Shown here: one piece after another, positions 27,768 to 37,514 of the stretch
Layout: every line of letters begins with the position of its first letter
Numbering within the stretch: the first letter of the stretch is position 1
Assembly: GCA_030248405.1 (NCBI GenBank)
Contig: JARCMA010000067.1
Coordinates: 1-43,043 of the forward strand
DNA length: 43,043 bases
Origin: Microcoleus sp. MP8IB2.171
Lineage (GTDB): Bacteria; Cyanobacteriota; Cyanobacteriia; Cyanobacteriales; Microcoleaceae
Direction: 5' to 3'
Position numbers and translations under genes: made by a program
The notes under the pieces: model-generated
What the model was told of the DNA's origin: nothing
Database searches by the model: none
What the model saw: only the letters and a program-made list of their open reading frames with translations

Positions 27768-29351
27768 TTATTGCCGCGTGTATCGGTGCTTCACACCAAT
27801 CGGAAAATACTCCGCATCGCCAGTCTCGGTTAATGTCACCACAGGTAACTGATATTCTGGCGGCACGTAATTAGCAAATTCGCTGTTTAGCCGCCGCAAT
27901 TGCGCGAGAATTGAAGATGCGATCGCCTGCTTCATCTCCTCATCGCCCTCCACCCCCGCTGCTAATTCCACAACCACCGATAAAAACCGATTTTGATCCG
28001 CATCTTCCTTGACTTGCAGTACAAATTTTCCCGTCACCCATTCCCGAATGGTGGGAACTTCTAAACCTACGGTGACATTTTCCGGGTAAATGTTAGCACC
28101 GAAGTAAGAAACGGTAAAGTGCGATCGCCCGAATACATACACAAAGGGCAAGCAGCGAATGCCTCTGGGGAAATCAGAAACTTTCATACCTGCTGCTTGC
28201 TGCAAACGTGCCACAGGGTTAAACCCCCATTCCGCCAAAAAATTGAGCATTGCTTCGTAAGAAATTAAACCGCCATTATCCGAGATGTGATAGCGTATTA
28301 GCGGGATACCGTTGTCGCCCGAAAATAACAACGTGCCGTCATTATTAACTTCAAAAAAGCGGCTTTTCGGATCGTACTGCACCAGAGTTGGCAACCGCGA
28401 TTCCCCGAATAAATTGCGTGCTGCTTCGGGATTGTTTGCTAAAAAGCGGCGGATGCAAATGCTCAGCGGTGTCTCGTTGCCCAAAACGCCCGCATCGGCA
28501 GTACCGTAAAGGCTCGCAGAGTTGTAATATAGATTGTCAGAATTAGTACGATCGCTCACCAAACTCCGCCATTCTTCGCTAAACACTTCCCCCGCAAACA
28601 CCATCTTAATTCGGTATTTTTGCCACTCCACACCCCCAGCAATTCCGCTATCAATCACATCCTTGATAAATGGCGGATATCCCAACAAGACTACTTGCTC
28701 AAAATGCTCCCCAAGTTCCTGCACAACTCGAAATATTTCAGTCTTATTATTCCCAGGCGTCACAACTGTAACTGGATAGCCCTTACTCGCTAGATAGCGG
28801 CAGCAATTTGCCGTGTACATTCCCCCAACCCAAGTTCCCAAGGCAAAGCAAATGACAGCTAAAGTTGAGCGATTGTCGGCGTAAAAACTGTCGTGAAATA
28901 TTTGTTCAAAACGAGCAGCAATTTGCAACTCGTCGCTGATAAAACGCGGCCAAAATGTCGGGTTTCCTGTCGAACCCGATGAAACAGCAATGAAATCGCA
29001 AGTTTCTAATTTGCCCTGGTAGCACAACTGAGGTAGCGGGTGACAGCGTAAATAATTCTCTTTGGTAATTAGCGGCAATTTTTGGAAGTCTTCAAAGGTT
29101 TGAATTGAGGCGGGATTGATGTTATGTTCAGTTAGGAAAGTCTGGTAAGCGGGTACTGTGGCAGCGACTTTTTGGAAAAGGGCGTGAAGCGCAGCTATCC
29201 CGTAGGGAATCGCCCCGGATCCGGCAACTCGACTCTGCTGCTGTTGCAATCGTTCCTCAAGCGGCGCCCTCAAAAACTCTTCAAACGCCCCAATTGCTCG
29301 CTGACGCTGTTCTGGCTGCATTATTTGCTCCTTAAAATGGGTATTTTGCAC
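27768..29351 (-). CDS. Phenylacetate-CoA ligase family (ANL adenylate-forming) protein
   Basis: SSGSTGNPT P-loop, AGEVFSE, YGTAD, PLIRYHISD, FGRS; the start may be ATG 29321. Confidence 0.9.
   Translation of the reverse strand: MQNTHFKEQIMQPEQRQRAIGAFEEFLRAPLEERLQQQQSRVAGSGAIPYGIAALHALFQKVAATVPAYQTFLTEHNINPASIQTFEDFQKLPLITKENYLRCHPLPQLCYQGKLETCDFIAVSSGSTGNPTFWPRFISDELQIAARFEQIFHDSFYADNRSTLAVICFALGTWVGGMYTANCCRYLASKGYPVTVVTPGNNKTEIFRVVQELGEHFEQVVLLGYPPFIKDVIDSGIAGGVEWQKYRIKMVFAGEVFSEEWRSLVSDRTNSDNLYYNSASLYGTADAGVLGNETPLSICIRRFLANNPEAARNLFGESRLPTLVQYDPKSRFFEVNNDGTLLFSGDNGIPLIRYHISDNGGLISYEAMLNFLAEWGFNPVARLQQAAGMKVSDFPRGIRCLPFVYVFGRSHFTVSYFGANIYPENVTVGLEVPTIREWVTGKFVLQVKEDADQNRFLSVVVELAAGVEGDEEMKQAIASSILAQLRRLNSEFANYVPPEYQLPVVTLTETGDAEYFPIGVKHRYTRQ
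29182..29213 (+). mobile_element. 24-nt micro-element (SDR-like) inserted in frame at a HIP1 site within the CoA ligase gene
   Basis: GCG|TGAAGCGCAGCTATCCCGTAGGGA|ATCGC; adds 8 codons. Confidence 0.85.
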
Positions 29352-29625
29352 CTCGATCGCTCAAGAGTCAATTAGTAGCGCGGCGCGACCCGATCGCACA
29401 TTGGGCTGGACACTAAAAATTGGAACACATTTTGAGGTCGATCGAAAATATGGCGCAGTAGATAAACTTCTATAGCAGGAAACCGCTGTTTTCACAATCA
29501 CCACAGGGGATAGGCAAGCTGCCGATCGACTAATAAAGACCGACACACTATGTCAAGATTAATTCAGCGATCGCCCAAAACTCCTAGTCTCAGTCAAGCG
29601 TGAAAATCCGACGCAGCAAGTTCCA

Positions 29626-31530
29626 ATGAACAATCCCATCTACCCCGGCATAACTCTCAACAACCACTACCGCATCGTCCGCGAATTGGGACACGGAGGC
29701 TTCGGGCGCACCTACCTCGCTGAAGATACCCACCGATTTAACGAACCCTGCGTTTTAAAAGAATTTGCGCCCCAAGTACACGGAAGTTACGCTTTACAAA
29801 AATCCGAGGAACTGTTCGAGCGGGAAGCAGGAGTGCTCTACAAGCTGCAACACAATCAAATCCCGCGCTTTCGCGAACTTTTCCGCGTCAGTATCAGCGA
29901 TCGAGGCTACCTATTTCTCGTCCAAGACTACGTGCCCGGTCAAACTTACCGCTTTCTGCTCGACGCCCGCAAGCGTCAGGGTTTGCGGTTTATAGAGGCA
30001 GAAATCAATCAACTGCTGCAGCAGATTTTGCCCGTGCTCGAATACATTCACTCTCTAGGAGTGCTTCACCGCGACATCTCCCCGGACAACCTGATTCTGC
30101 GGAGTTCTGACGGGATGCCCGTGCTAATCGACTTTGGGGGAGTAAAACAAGTCGCCGCCACCGTAGAGTCTCTATTCGCTGAGGCTAACGGCACTCCGGG
30201 CCCCGCGACTCGCATCGGCAAGCTCGGCTACGCTCCCGTTGAACAGATGCAGATGGGCATCGTCTATCCCCACAGCGATTTGTACGCTCTGGCGGCCACG
30301 GTTTTAGTGTTGCTGACTGGGAAGGAACCGCATCAGTTGCTCGACAGCCATACCCTGAATTGGAACTGGCGGGCGGAATGTTCTCTGTCTCCGAATTTGT
30401 CCCTGGTGCTGGATAAAATGCTTGCTCAACAGCCGAGCCAGCGTTACTCCTCGGCTCGCGAGGTAATGCTCGCTCTCTCCGGCAATCCGCCTTTACAGCC
30501 ACCTTTGCCACCAGCCCCGGATTTTGGGATCACGCAGCCACCGGATCTCTCGCCCATACCCGTGCCCGCCCCCACGCCAAAACTGCCGGGAACTCCGGTG
30601 CGAATTGCTGCTATTGGCAATCAGCAAAAAATGCCTGCTTGGAAAATGGTTTTGTTTGTGGTGGCTGTGCTATCAACTATGGGGGGAGTTGGCTGGTTTG
30701 CGGGCAATTCTTTGTTAAATCTGCAATCAAAAGTGCAGAAAGTTCCCCAGCCTTCAAACCCGAAGCAGCAGCAAGAAGATGCTTTGCAAGATCGCTTTGT
30801 CAAGCTCAAAATTGACGATCGATTCTATAGCGGTTATGTCAACCTTGTGGACGAGACTTTCTATGCCAAACACCCGGAATTGGGCGGACGATTGTTAAAA
30901 GAAGGCGATGACGATCGCCAATGGCGCGAAAGGTGGCAGAAAATCGGCGACGAGTTGCTCGATAAGCTGGAAAACCTCAGCAGCGACGCTAGAGCGCGGT
31001 TGGGCAGTTACGACACCGCCGATATCGATCGCTGGAAAACAGAGGTTAACAAGCTGAATTTGAGCAGTCGGGCTTTGTACGATTTGGCTGATGCTAGGTT
31101 CTTTTATTGGTTTCCACAACAGCCGCGCGATCGCAATATCATTGGTTTGCCGATCGGACAAATTTGGCAAGCAATTACCGCCGACGAACTCGAAGCCTTA
31201 CAAGCGGGAGCAACTGTCGAAAGCGTTGAATTTGACCGCCTATCGAAGAGCAAACGCCTCACAGGCAATCTCAAACCCGGAGAAGGGAAAGCTTACATTG
31301 CCCGGTTCGCTCAAAATCAAACTTTGCGAGTGAATTTGCAAGCACCGCGCAAATCTACGCTACTGTCAATTTATACTCCGGGGCGGACAAAGGGCGCGCG
31401 AGCTTTGCTGGAAGATGCAGATGGGCTTAGTTGGTCTGGATTGCTGGATGATACTGGTTATTATGAATTTGTGGTAGTTTCTCAAGCATCTGAGCCGATC
31501 GCTTACGAGTTGAACCTAACGGCGGAATAA
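29626..31530 (+). CDS. Membrane-anchored Ser/Thr protein kinase
   Basis: LGHGGFG, VLKE, HRDISPDN, DFG, GYAPVE, SDLYALA; Pro-rich linker, TM helix, extracytoplasmic C-terminus. Confidence 0.96.
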   Translation: MNNPIYPGITLNNHYRIVRELGHGGFGRTYLAEDTHRFNEPCVLKEFAPQVHGSYALQKSEELFEREAGVLYKLQHNQIPRFRELFRVSISDRGYLFLVQDYVPGQTYRFLLDARKRQGLRFIEAEINQLLQQILPVLEYIHSLGVLHRDISPDNLILRSSDGMPVLIDFGGVKQVAATVESLFAEANGTPGPATRIGKLGYAPVEQMQMGIVYPHSDLYALAATVLVLLTGKEPHQLLDSHTLNWNWRAECSLSPNLSLVLDKMLAQQPSQRYSSAREVMLALSGNPPLQPPLPPAPDFGITQPPDLSPIPVPAPTPKLPGTPVRIAAIGNQQKMPAWKMVLFVVAVLSTMGGVGWFAGNSLLNLQSKVQKVPQPSNPKQQQEDALQDRFVKLKIDDRFYSGYVNLVDETFYAKHPELGGRLLKEGDDDRQWRERWQKIGDELLDKLENLSSDARARLGSYDTADIDRWKTEVNKLNLSSRALYDLADARFFYWFPQQPRDRNIIGLPIGQIWQAITADELEALQAGATVESVEFDRLSKSKRLTGNLKPGEGKAYIARFAQNQTLRVNLQAPRKSTLLSIYTPGRTKGARALLEDADGLSWSGLLDDTGYYEFVVVSQASEPIAYELNLTAE

Positions 31531-31610
31531 CTGCTATTGACGCTCTCGATCCACCCAGGCAATAATAAGGTAATACCAATCAGGTAAGTTATCCGGTTCA
31601 AACAAAGAAT

Positions 31611-31907
31611 ATGCTGAGATTCGCGATCGTAGCTTTAGTGACTTTGGGATTAGTATTAGTGACTGCACTAGGTTTACATCCGGCCAATGCGACAGTCAGC
31701 ACTCCCGAATTTTATGCTTGGAACTTTGCCTCTGTAGGCAGTAGCGAGCTGGTTTGTAAAAAGACCGTGGTAGTTCCGCAAGACCGGATAATTCCGTCAT
31801 CATCCATGCACGCTGTCAGTATCACTTCTGCAATTGTAGATTCCAAGTTTTGCGCGAATTCCACTAAGCCTGTCAGGAACCCCATAGCTAAAGCTAGGGG
31901 CTTGTAG
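31611..31907 (+). CDS. Small secreted hypothetical protein whose C-terminus is supplied by the iscB element
   Basis: Signal peptide (..HPANA); the last 11 codons lie inside the element end that starts at 31872. Confidence 0.72.
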   Translation: MLRFAIVALVTLGLVLVTALGLHPANATVSTPEFYAWNFASVGSSELVCKKTVVVPQDRIIPSSSMHAVSITSAIVDSKFCANSTKPVRNPIAKARGL

Positions 31908-32125
31908 ACTGTCCGGCTAACGCGAGCGGGATGGAACAAGCCGAACCTGACCAGGCTAAGTCCTTTGAGGACTAAGTTTTTTGAGTCATGACACCGACGA
32001 ATGCGTAGCCAGTTCGTCGCTCTGTCGCTAAAAGTTAAACAGTTCTAACGGGTTAAGACAGTGCTTTTAGCCGAACAAGCTCATCAAACATTGCCGAGGC
32101 TAACATTACACGCAAGTAGAAGAGA
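31872..32125 (+). ncRNA. omegaRNA (HEARO-type) scaffold upstream of iscB
   Basis: Lies directly 5' of iscB; motifs TGACCAG, GTCATGACACC, GCTCTGTCG, AACATTGCCGAGG; homologous to 19816-20050. Confidence 0.85.
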
Positions 32126-32132
32126 CGCAAAA

Positions 32133-33407
32133 ATGTCTAATTTTATTTTTGTTCTAGACACAAAAGGGCGACCATTATCACCCTGTAAACCAGGAGTAGG
32201 GCGGTCATTACTCAAGGCAGGCAAAGCATCTGTCTTCAGGCGGTTTCCCTTCACAATTATTTTGAATAAAGAAGTTAATGCAAGTCCTGAGCCGCTAGAA
32301 ATCAAACTAGATCCAGGTTCTCAAACTACTGGCATTGCCATCAAGCAGGGCGACAAGATAATCTTCGGAGCCGAACTACAACATCGAGGACAACAAATTA
32401 AAGAAGCACTGCTGTCTCGTCGTCAACTCAGGCGAGGAAGATGCAATCGCAAAACTCGGTATCGTCAGGCGCGATTCCTCAATCGCACCCGTCCTGATGG
32501 TTGGCTAGCTCCATCCTTGCAGCATCGAGTAGAAACAACACTCAGATGGGTTCGCAAGTTGATGCGAATTGCACCCATTACCAGCATTGCTCAAGAGCTA
32601 GTACGGTTCGATTTGCAACTCATGCACAACCCTGAAATCTCAGGCGTTCTGTATCAACAAGGAGAATTGCAGGGTTACGAAGTCCGCGAGTATCTCTTAA
32701 CAAAATGGAATAGACAATGCGCTTACTGCTCGGTTGAAAATGTACCATTCGAGATTGAGCACATTCAGCCCAAGTCAAGGGGAGGCTCTGACAGGGTTTC
32801 TAACTTGACGCTTGCCTGTCACGATTGCAATCAAAAGAAAGGTAATCAGGATGTTCGAGCGTTTCTGGCGACTAAACCCGACTTGCTAAATCGCATTCTC
32901 AAACAGGCAAAACTACCGCTCAAAGATGCGGCTGCGGTCAACTCAACCCGATGGGCATTGTTCAACGCACTCACTGAGACGGGATTGCCCGTCACTACTG
33001 GCACGGGCGGACAAACCAAGTTCAATCGCAATCGATTAGGGTTGCCCAAATCGCACTGGCTTGATGCTGCGTGTGTAGGTAATGTTGAGGCACTCGAAGT
33101 CTTAACTTCAAAGCCGTTGCTGATTATGGCAAAAGGGCATGGGACGCGGCAGATGTGCGGTACAAACAACTATGGCTTTCCTACTAGACACAAGTCCAGA
33201 TTGCAAATCCATAAGGGATTTCAGACTGGCGATATTGTCCATGCAACCGTTACCGCAGGCAAAAAAGTCGGCTCTTATGTAGGGCGGGTTCTCTGTCGTG
33301 CTTCAGGTAGTTTTGACATCGTAGTTAAGTCTGGGAGAGTGGCAGGAATTAGCCACAAATATTGCAGTCCAATCCACAAGAAGGATGGCTATAGCTACGC
33401 ATTTTGA
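32133..33407 (+). CDS. iscB: RNA-guided endonuclease IscB
   Basis: PLMP domain (VLDTKGRPLSPC), RuvC-I LDPGS, Arg-rich bridge helix, RuvC-II QELVRFD, CxxC..IEHIQP..GGS..SNLTLACHDCN HNH, RuvC-III HWLDA. Confidence 0.96.
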   Translation: MSNFIFVLDTKGRPLSPCKPGVGRSLLKAGKASVFRRFPFTIILNKEVNASPEPLEIKLDPGSQTTGIAIKQGDKIIFGAELQHRGQQIKEALLSRRQLRRGRCNRKTRYRQARFLNRTRPDGWLAPSLQHRVETTLRWVRKLMRIAPITSIAQELVRFDLQLMHNPEISGVLYQQGELQGYEVREYLLTKWNRQCAYCSVENVPFEIEHIQPKSRGGSDRVSNLTLACHDCNQKKGNQDVRAFLATKPDLLNRILKQAKLPLKDAAAVNSTRWALFNALTETGLPVTTGTGGQTKFNRNRLGLPKSHWLDAACVGNVEALEVLTSKPLLIMAKGHGTRQMCGTNNYGFPTRHKSRLQIHKGFQTGDIVHATVTAGKKVGSYVGRVLCRASGSFDIVVKSGRVAGISHKYCSPIHKKDGYSYAF

Positions 33408-33554
33408 AGAAAGAGATTTCAAGGCGACGGTCGTCGCAGCCGCTTTCCTCCCCATGTCTGAAGCTAGGGGCTTCCCGCTCGTTTTTTGGTGAATTAAGGC
33501 CGTGGATAATTATGATTTCCGGTTATAGAACCATAATTAAGTTCTCCGTTAGTC

Positions 33555-33669
33555 GATTTTAGATTTTAGATTTTAGATTCACTTCACAGATGAATCTGGC
33601 AGATTGAACCTTAATCTAAAAATTTTATCTCTCCACGACTGTTGTCTGAAAGCAAGTATCCTTTTTTGG
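33555..33669 (+). repeat. About 115-bp dispersed repeat, copy 1 (GATTTTA tract plus conserved tail)
   Basis: (gatttta)n..cacagatgaatctgg..tctaaaaattttatctctccacgact..gtatccttttttgg; copy 2 at 36424. Confidence 0.75.
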
Positions 33670-33701
33670 ATGAATCAGGACGCTGCCTCCTGATTCATCC
33701 A
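33667..33701. terminator. Perfect 14-bp stem hairpin
   Basis: tggatgaatcagga-cgctgcc-tcctgattcatcca. Confidence 0.5.
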
Positions 33702-34081
33702 TTGAGAGAAAACTCTACTTGTCAATACAAACACGGACTAATTATGAACAATTAACCGGACATCATATAAGTGATAGCCTGAGTAATTTCCGCCATCCGC
33801 GCACTGAAACTGTTAGCTAAAAATTTTTTAGGAGAAACACCGGGTATTTTGTAATGAAAATTTATTAAACGAGTCGGGCGCAGCAGTTTTCTGCTCTTGA
33901 AAGAGATCGAACTCTTCCCTATTTAGGCAGTTATTTGATTGTGACTTAAGAACCGAGGGGAAATATTCAGCCATTTGGCTAATCATTTATTGGCTAATTA
34001 GCTGAATTATTAATTTGCTAGTTTGAGTATGCTAGAGTTAGTCAGGTTCTGATATATAGTGCCATCTGTTATCTAAGTATC

Positions 34082-35428
34082 ATGCTCAAAATTTTGGTAA
34101 TTGAAGACGACGAATTAATCCGGGAAACTCTTCTGCAACTCCTGGAATCTCACAGCTACCGGGTCATTGCCGCTGAAAACGGTCGAGCTGGGGTGCAGAT
34201 GGCGCTTTCGGAGATACCAGATTTAATTTTGTGCGACGTGCAGATGCCGGAAGTAGACGGTTATGACGTGTTGCGGACTCTGCGGCAAAACTCGCTAGCT
34301 GGAACAATTCCATTTATTTTCCTCACGGCTCAAAGTGACAAAACCGATTTTCGTCGGGGGATGGAATTGGGAGCCGACGATTACCTGACAAAGCCGTTTA
34401 CCAAAGCTGAATTGCTCGGAGCCATTGCTTCTCGCGTCTTGAAACGGCAAACTATTACTCAACCGCTGACAGTCGCGCTTCACCAAGCAGAAGCCAGACT
34501 CAAAGATTTAGTTAACGACTCCACCAAGGTTACAACCCTCTCTCCTGAAAAGTTTGCTCTCGAAGCTTTGTTGCGCCACGCTTTGGCACAAGGTGAGTTT
34601 CAGGTATACTATCAGCCACAAGTGAATATTGCTACCGGCCAAGTTATCGGCGCCGAAGCTTTAGTGCGCTGGCAAAATCCCGATCGAGGTATAATTTCTC
34701 CCTGCGAATTTATTCCCTTAGCAGAAGAAACAGGTTTAATTATTCAGATTGGCGAGTGGGTACTGCTTTCAGCTTGCGCTCAAGCCGCTAGTTGGCTGGC
34801 GGCGGGGTTTTCGCCCTTTACAATATCAGTAAACTTGTCGGCCCGGCAGTTGTCTGACCCGGAACTCAAGGCGCGAATCGTCCAAATATTGGAAACTACA
34901 GGCTTAGAGCCTGCTAATTTAGAATTAGAAATGACCGAAAGCGCTTTGGTGGAAAATGCGACAGTAGCAGGCGCTACTTTAAACCAACTTAAAGCTCTAG
35001 GAATTCGGATTGCTATTGACGACTTCGGCACCGGTTACGCTACTTTAGGATATCTTAAGCAATTTGCTTTTGACAGTTTAAAGATCGATCGAATTTTCGT
35101 CCGTAATGCCAACGAAGATACTCAAAATGCTGCTATTACTACAGCAGTAATTTTACTGGGTCACAGTTTGAATATGACAGTAATTGCTGAGGGAGTGGAA
35201 ACAGAAGCAGAACTAGATTTTTTGAAACAACATCAGTGCGATATCATGCAGGGGTATCTGTTCAGTCGCCCCGAACCAGCAGCGATAATTGAAAGTATGT
35301 TGGTTGCCGACCCCGGTTTGTTCGCGCAGCCCCCAGTAGTAGCACCTGATCGCGTTGTTCCTTTTGTACCTGTGTCCGAACCGGAAAAATCTAAAAACCT
35401 TTCAATGTCTGGTCTAGGAATAGTGTAA
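34082..35428 (+). CDS. Response regulator with EAL domain (putative c-di-GMP phosphodiesterase)
   Basis: REC domain (IEDD, CDVQMP, KPF); EALVRW, DDFGTGY, LKIDR, AEGVE, QGYLFSRP; no GGDEF domain. Confidence 0.94.
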   Translation: MLKILVIEDDELIRETLLQLLESHSYRVIAAENGRAGVQMALSEIPDLILCDVQMPEVDGYDVLRTLRQNSLAGTIPFIFLTAQSDKTDFRRGMELGADDYLTKPFTKAELLGAIASRVLKRQTITQPLTVALHQAEARLKDLVNDSTKVTTLSPEKFALEALLRHALAQGEFQVYYQPQVNIATGQVIGAEALVRWQNPDRGIISPCEFIPLAEETGLIIQIGEWVLLSACAQAASWLAAGFSPFTISVNLSARQLSDPELKARIVQILETTGLEPANLELEMTESALVENATVAGATLNQLKALGIRIAIDDFGTGYATLGYLKQFAFDSLKIDRIFVRNANEDTQNAAITTAVILLGHSLNMTVIAEGVETEAELDFLKQHQCDIMQGYLFSRPEPAAIIESMLVADPGLFAQPPVVAPDRVVPFVPVSEPEKSKNLSMSGLGIV

Positions 35429-35724
35429 GTGTCACCAAGATTTCTGTATAATAGGATAAAATTATTTTTTCCCCTTCTATTTTCTGCATAAAAGTTTAAT
35501 CTTCCTCATAAAAAGTTGTAGCTTTTGATGATAGGGGAATCAAAGAAGGAGATTGTTCCTCATATTCATCTACTGCTTCCCCTTTTATGCGCTCGGCGCC
35601 CCTAATTGGACTATTTGAGAAATTGCGAGCCTTTATCAAGTTGCAGCAGGTAAACTCATTTAAGTTCCTACTTTGGGAATGGCAGTTTCAAGAACTGTGC
35701 AACTGGAATTGGTGCAAGCCTGTC

Positions 35725-36390
35725 ATGGAAAGAATATTAGTGGTTGACGACGAAGCAGACTGTCAAACAGTCTTAGCAATGTACTTGGAAAGCCAAGGAT
35801 ACCGCGTTGAATGCGCTAATTCTGGCGCTGAGGCACTCTCGATTTTTGAGAATGCCCCCCCAGATTTGGTGATTTCAGATGTCATGATGCCGGAAATGGA
35901 CGGGTTTGAGTTTTGCCGCCGCTTGCGAACTACCCGTTTGGGACAGTTAGTCCCCTTTATATTTTTGTCGGGTCAAGGTGAGATAGAGTCAAAAGTAGAA
36001 GGTCATGCGATCGGAGCTGACGATTATCTGGTAAAACCTTTTCAGTCTGAAGAAATTTTAGCTAAGGTAAAGGCGCAGTTAGAGCGCTCTCACCGCATTC
36101 ACGCCGAGATTGTTCGACTGCTTCAAACTTCTAGCGGTAGGGCGGTAGAACCAACATTTGTGGCAGTATTGCCAGCACCTGCACCTTTGCCTTTAACACC
36201 AGCCGAGGAAAGAGTTTTTTGGGAGGTGATCCAGGGTTATACTAACAAACAAATTAGCGATCGGCTGTTTATTAGCCCCCGGACTGTGCAAGCTCATTTA
36301 GGCAGCATTTTCAGTAAATTACAGTTAGATAATCGTGCTCAGCTTGTGAGATTTGCCCTGGAAAGAGGATACAAACCACCTCAAACTTAG
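35725..36390 (+). CDS. NarL/LuxR-family response regulator
   Basis: REC domain (VVDDE, SDVMMP) plus LTPAE..GYTNKQI..LFISPRTV HTH; ATG 35725 preferred. Confidence 0.94.
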   Translation: MERILVVDDEADCQTVLAMYLESQGYRVECANSGAEALSIFENAPPDLVISDVMMPEMDGFEFCRRLRTTRLGQLVPFIFLSGQGEIESKVEGHAIGADDYLVKPFQSEEILAKVKAQLERSHRIHAEIVRLLQTSSGRAVEPTFVAVLPAPAPLPLTPAEERVFWEVIQGYTNKQISDRLFISPRTVQAHLGSIFSKLQLDNRAQLVRFALERGYKPPQT

Positions 36391-36423
36391 CTCGGATCTC
36401 AACTTAGGGTGCGCCAGCCAGTG

Positions 36424-36544
36424 GATTTTAGATTTTAGATTTTAGATTTTAGATTTATTCCACAGATTCATCTGGGAGCTGGAACTTTAGTCTAAAATTT
36501 TTATCTTTCCACGACTTAAGTGGGGAAATTGTATCCGTTTTTGG
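36424..36544 (+). repeat. About 115-bp dispersed repeat, copy 2
   Basis: (gatttta)n..cacagattcatctgg..tctaaaattttatctttccacgact..gtatccgtttttgg. Confidence 0.75.
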
Positions 36545-36605
36545 GCGGGAGCAAAAACTCCCGTAGCTGCCAAAAAAATGGAGGCTGACGCACTCAGCAA
36601 GCAGA

Positions 36606-37328
36606 TTATTCCACATTCAAAACACAATAAGGAAAAGTAGTTATCACGCAAACCCCCGGCGCCAAATTCGTACCCCGCAAGTTGGCACGTTCCAAATCAG
36701 CCTGCCGCACGTTATTCGCCGCATCAATATTTGTCCCGGTCAATTGAGCCCGAGGAAGCCTAGTATTTGACAAAATAGCATTCTGCAAATTACTATCGCG
36801 CACATCCGCGAAAGACATATCCGCTCCGCTTAAATTCGCACGATTAAAATTAACTCTAAACAGCAGCGAACGTCTCAAATCGGCATTCGACAAATTAGCT
36901 TGCTGCAGATAAGCTTCGCCCAGATTTGCATTAAAAAGTTTAGCACCGCGCAAATCCGCACTCGTCAGATTCGCTCGCCCCAAAAAAGCATTAGACAAAT
37001 CCGCATTTCGCAGATTAGCACCATCCAAGTCAGCCCCGTACATCTCCGCATTAACTAAGTTAGCATTCGCCAAATTAGCACCCCTTAAATCCGCTTCTAG
37101 CAAATTAGCTTCATAGAGATTTGCTCCGCTTAAATCGGCTCCTCTTAAATTAGCTCTGTACAAGCTAGCCTTGAACAAATCAGCATTTCTCAAGTCACAG
37201 CCCTCGCACTCTTTACTTTCCAGCAATTGCCTAACATGATCTGGATTTTGAGCTTTAACGGGAGCTGCCAGCCCAAACAAAGCTAAACTTGCCGTTACAG
37301 TTGCCAAGATTTTAAGTTTCACAAACAA
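36606..37328 (-). CDS. Pentapeptide repeat protein with signal peptide
   Basis: Signal peptide, CEGCDL, long A(D/N)Lxx array. Confidence 0.93.
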   Translation of the reverse strand: MFVKLKILATVTASLALFGLAAPVKAQNPDHVRQLLESKECEGCDLRNADLFKASLYRANLRGADLSGANLYEANLLEADLRGANLANANLVNAEMYGADLDGANLRNADLSNAFLGRANLTSADLRGAKLFNANLGEAYLQQANLSNADLRRSLLFRVNFNRANLSGADMSFADVRDSNLQNAILSNTRLPRAQLTGTNIDAANNVRQADLERANLRGTNLAPGVCVITTFPYCVLNVE

Positions 37329-37514
37329 ACCTCACTGCTACTTCAAACAAATTATACTAGCAAACTGTAGACTTTAAACCCATATCCTTCTCTCTTTTCT
37401 CTTGCTCTGCGTTCTCTGCGCCCTCTGCGGTAAATCTTCAAAAAACATGATTCGCCGCCAACAATTTAGACCTGCTTCCAGCAAGGCGGGCTTTGCCCGC
37501 CCTACTTAACTTAA

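Larger units (their letters stand above)
31872..33488 (+). mobile_element. IS200/IS605-superfamily ISC element (omegaRNA + iscB, no tnpA)
   Basis: Starts GTCAG with hairpin ccccatagctaaagctagggg; ends after hairpin cctccccatgtctgaagctagggg; followed by GTGAA; joining the flanks restores a stop codon for the host gene. Confidence 0.88.

Noticed and set aside
32061-32132. N-terminal extension of IscB
   Set aside because: It overlaps the omegaRNA; the PLMP domain starts at ATG 32133.
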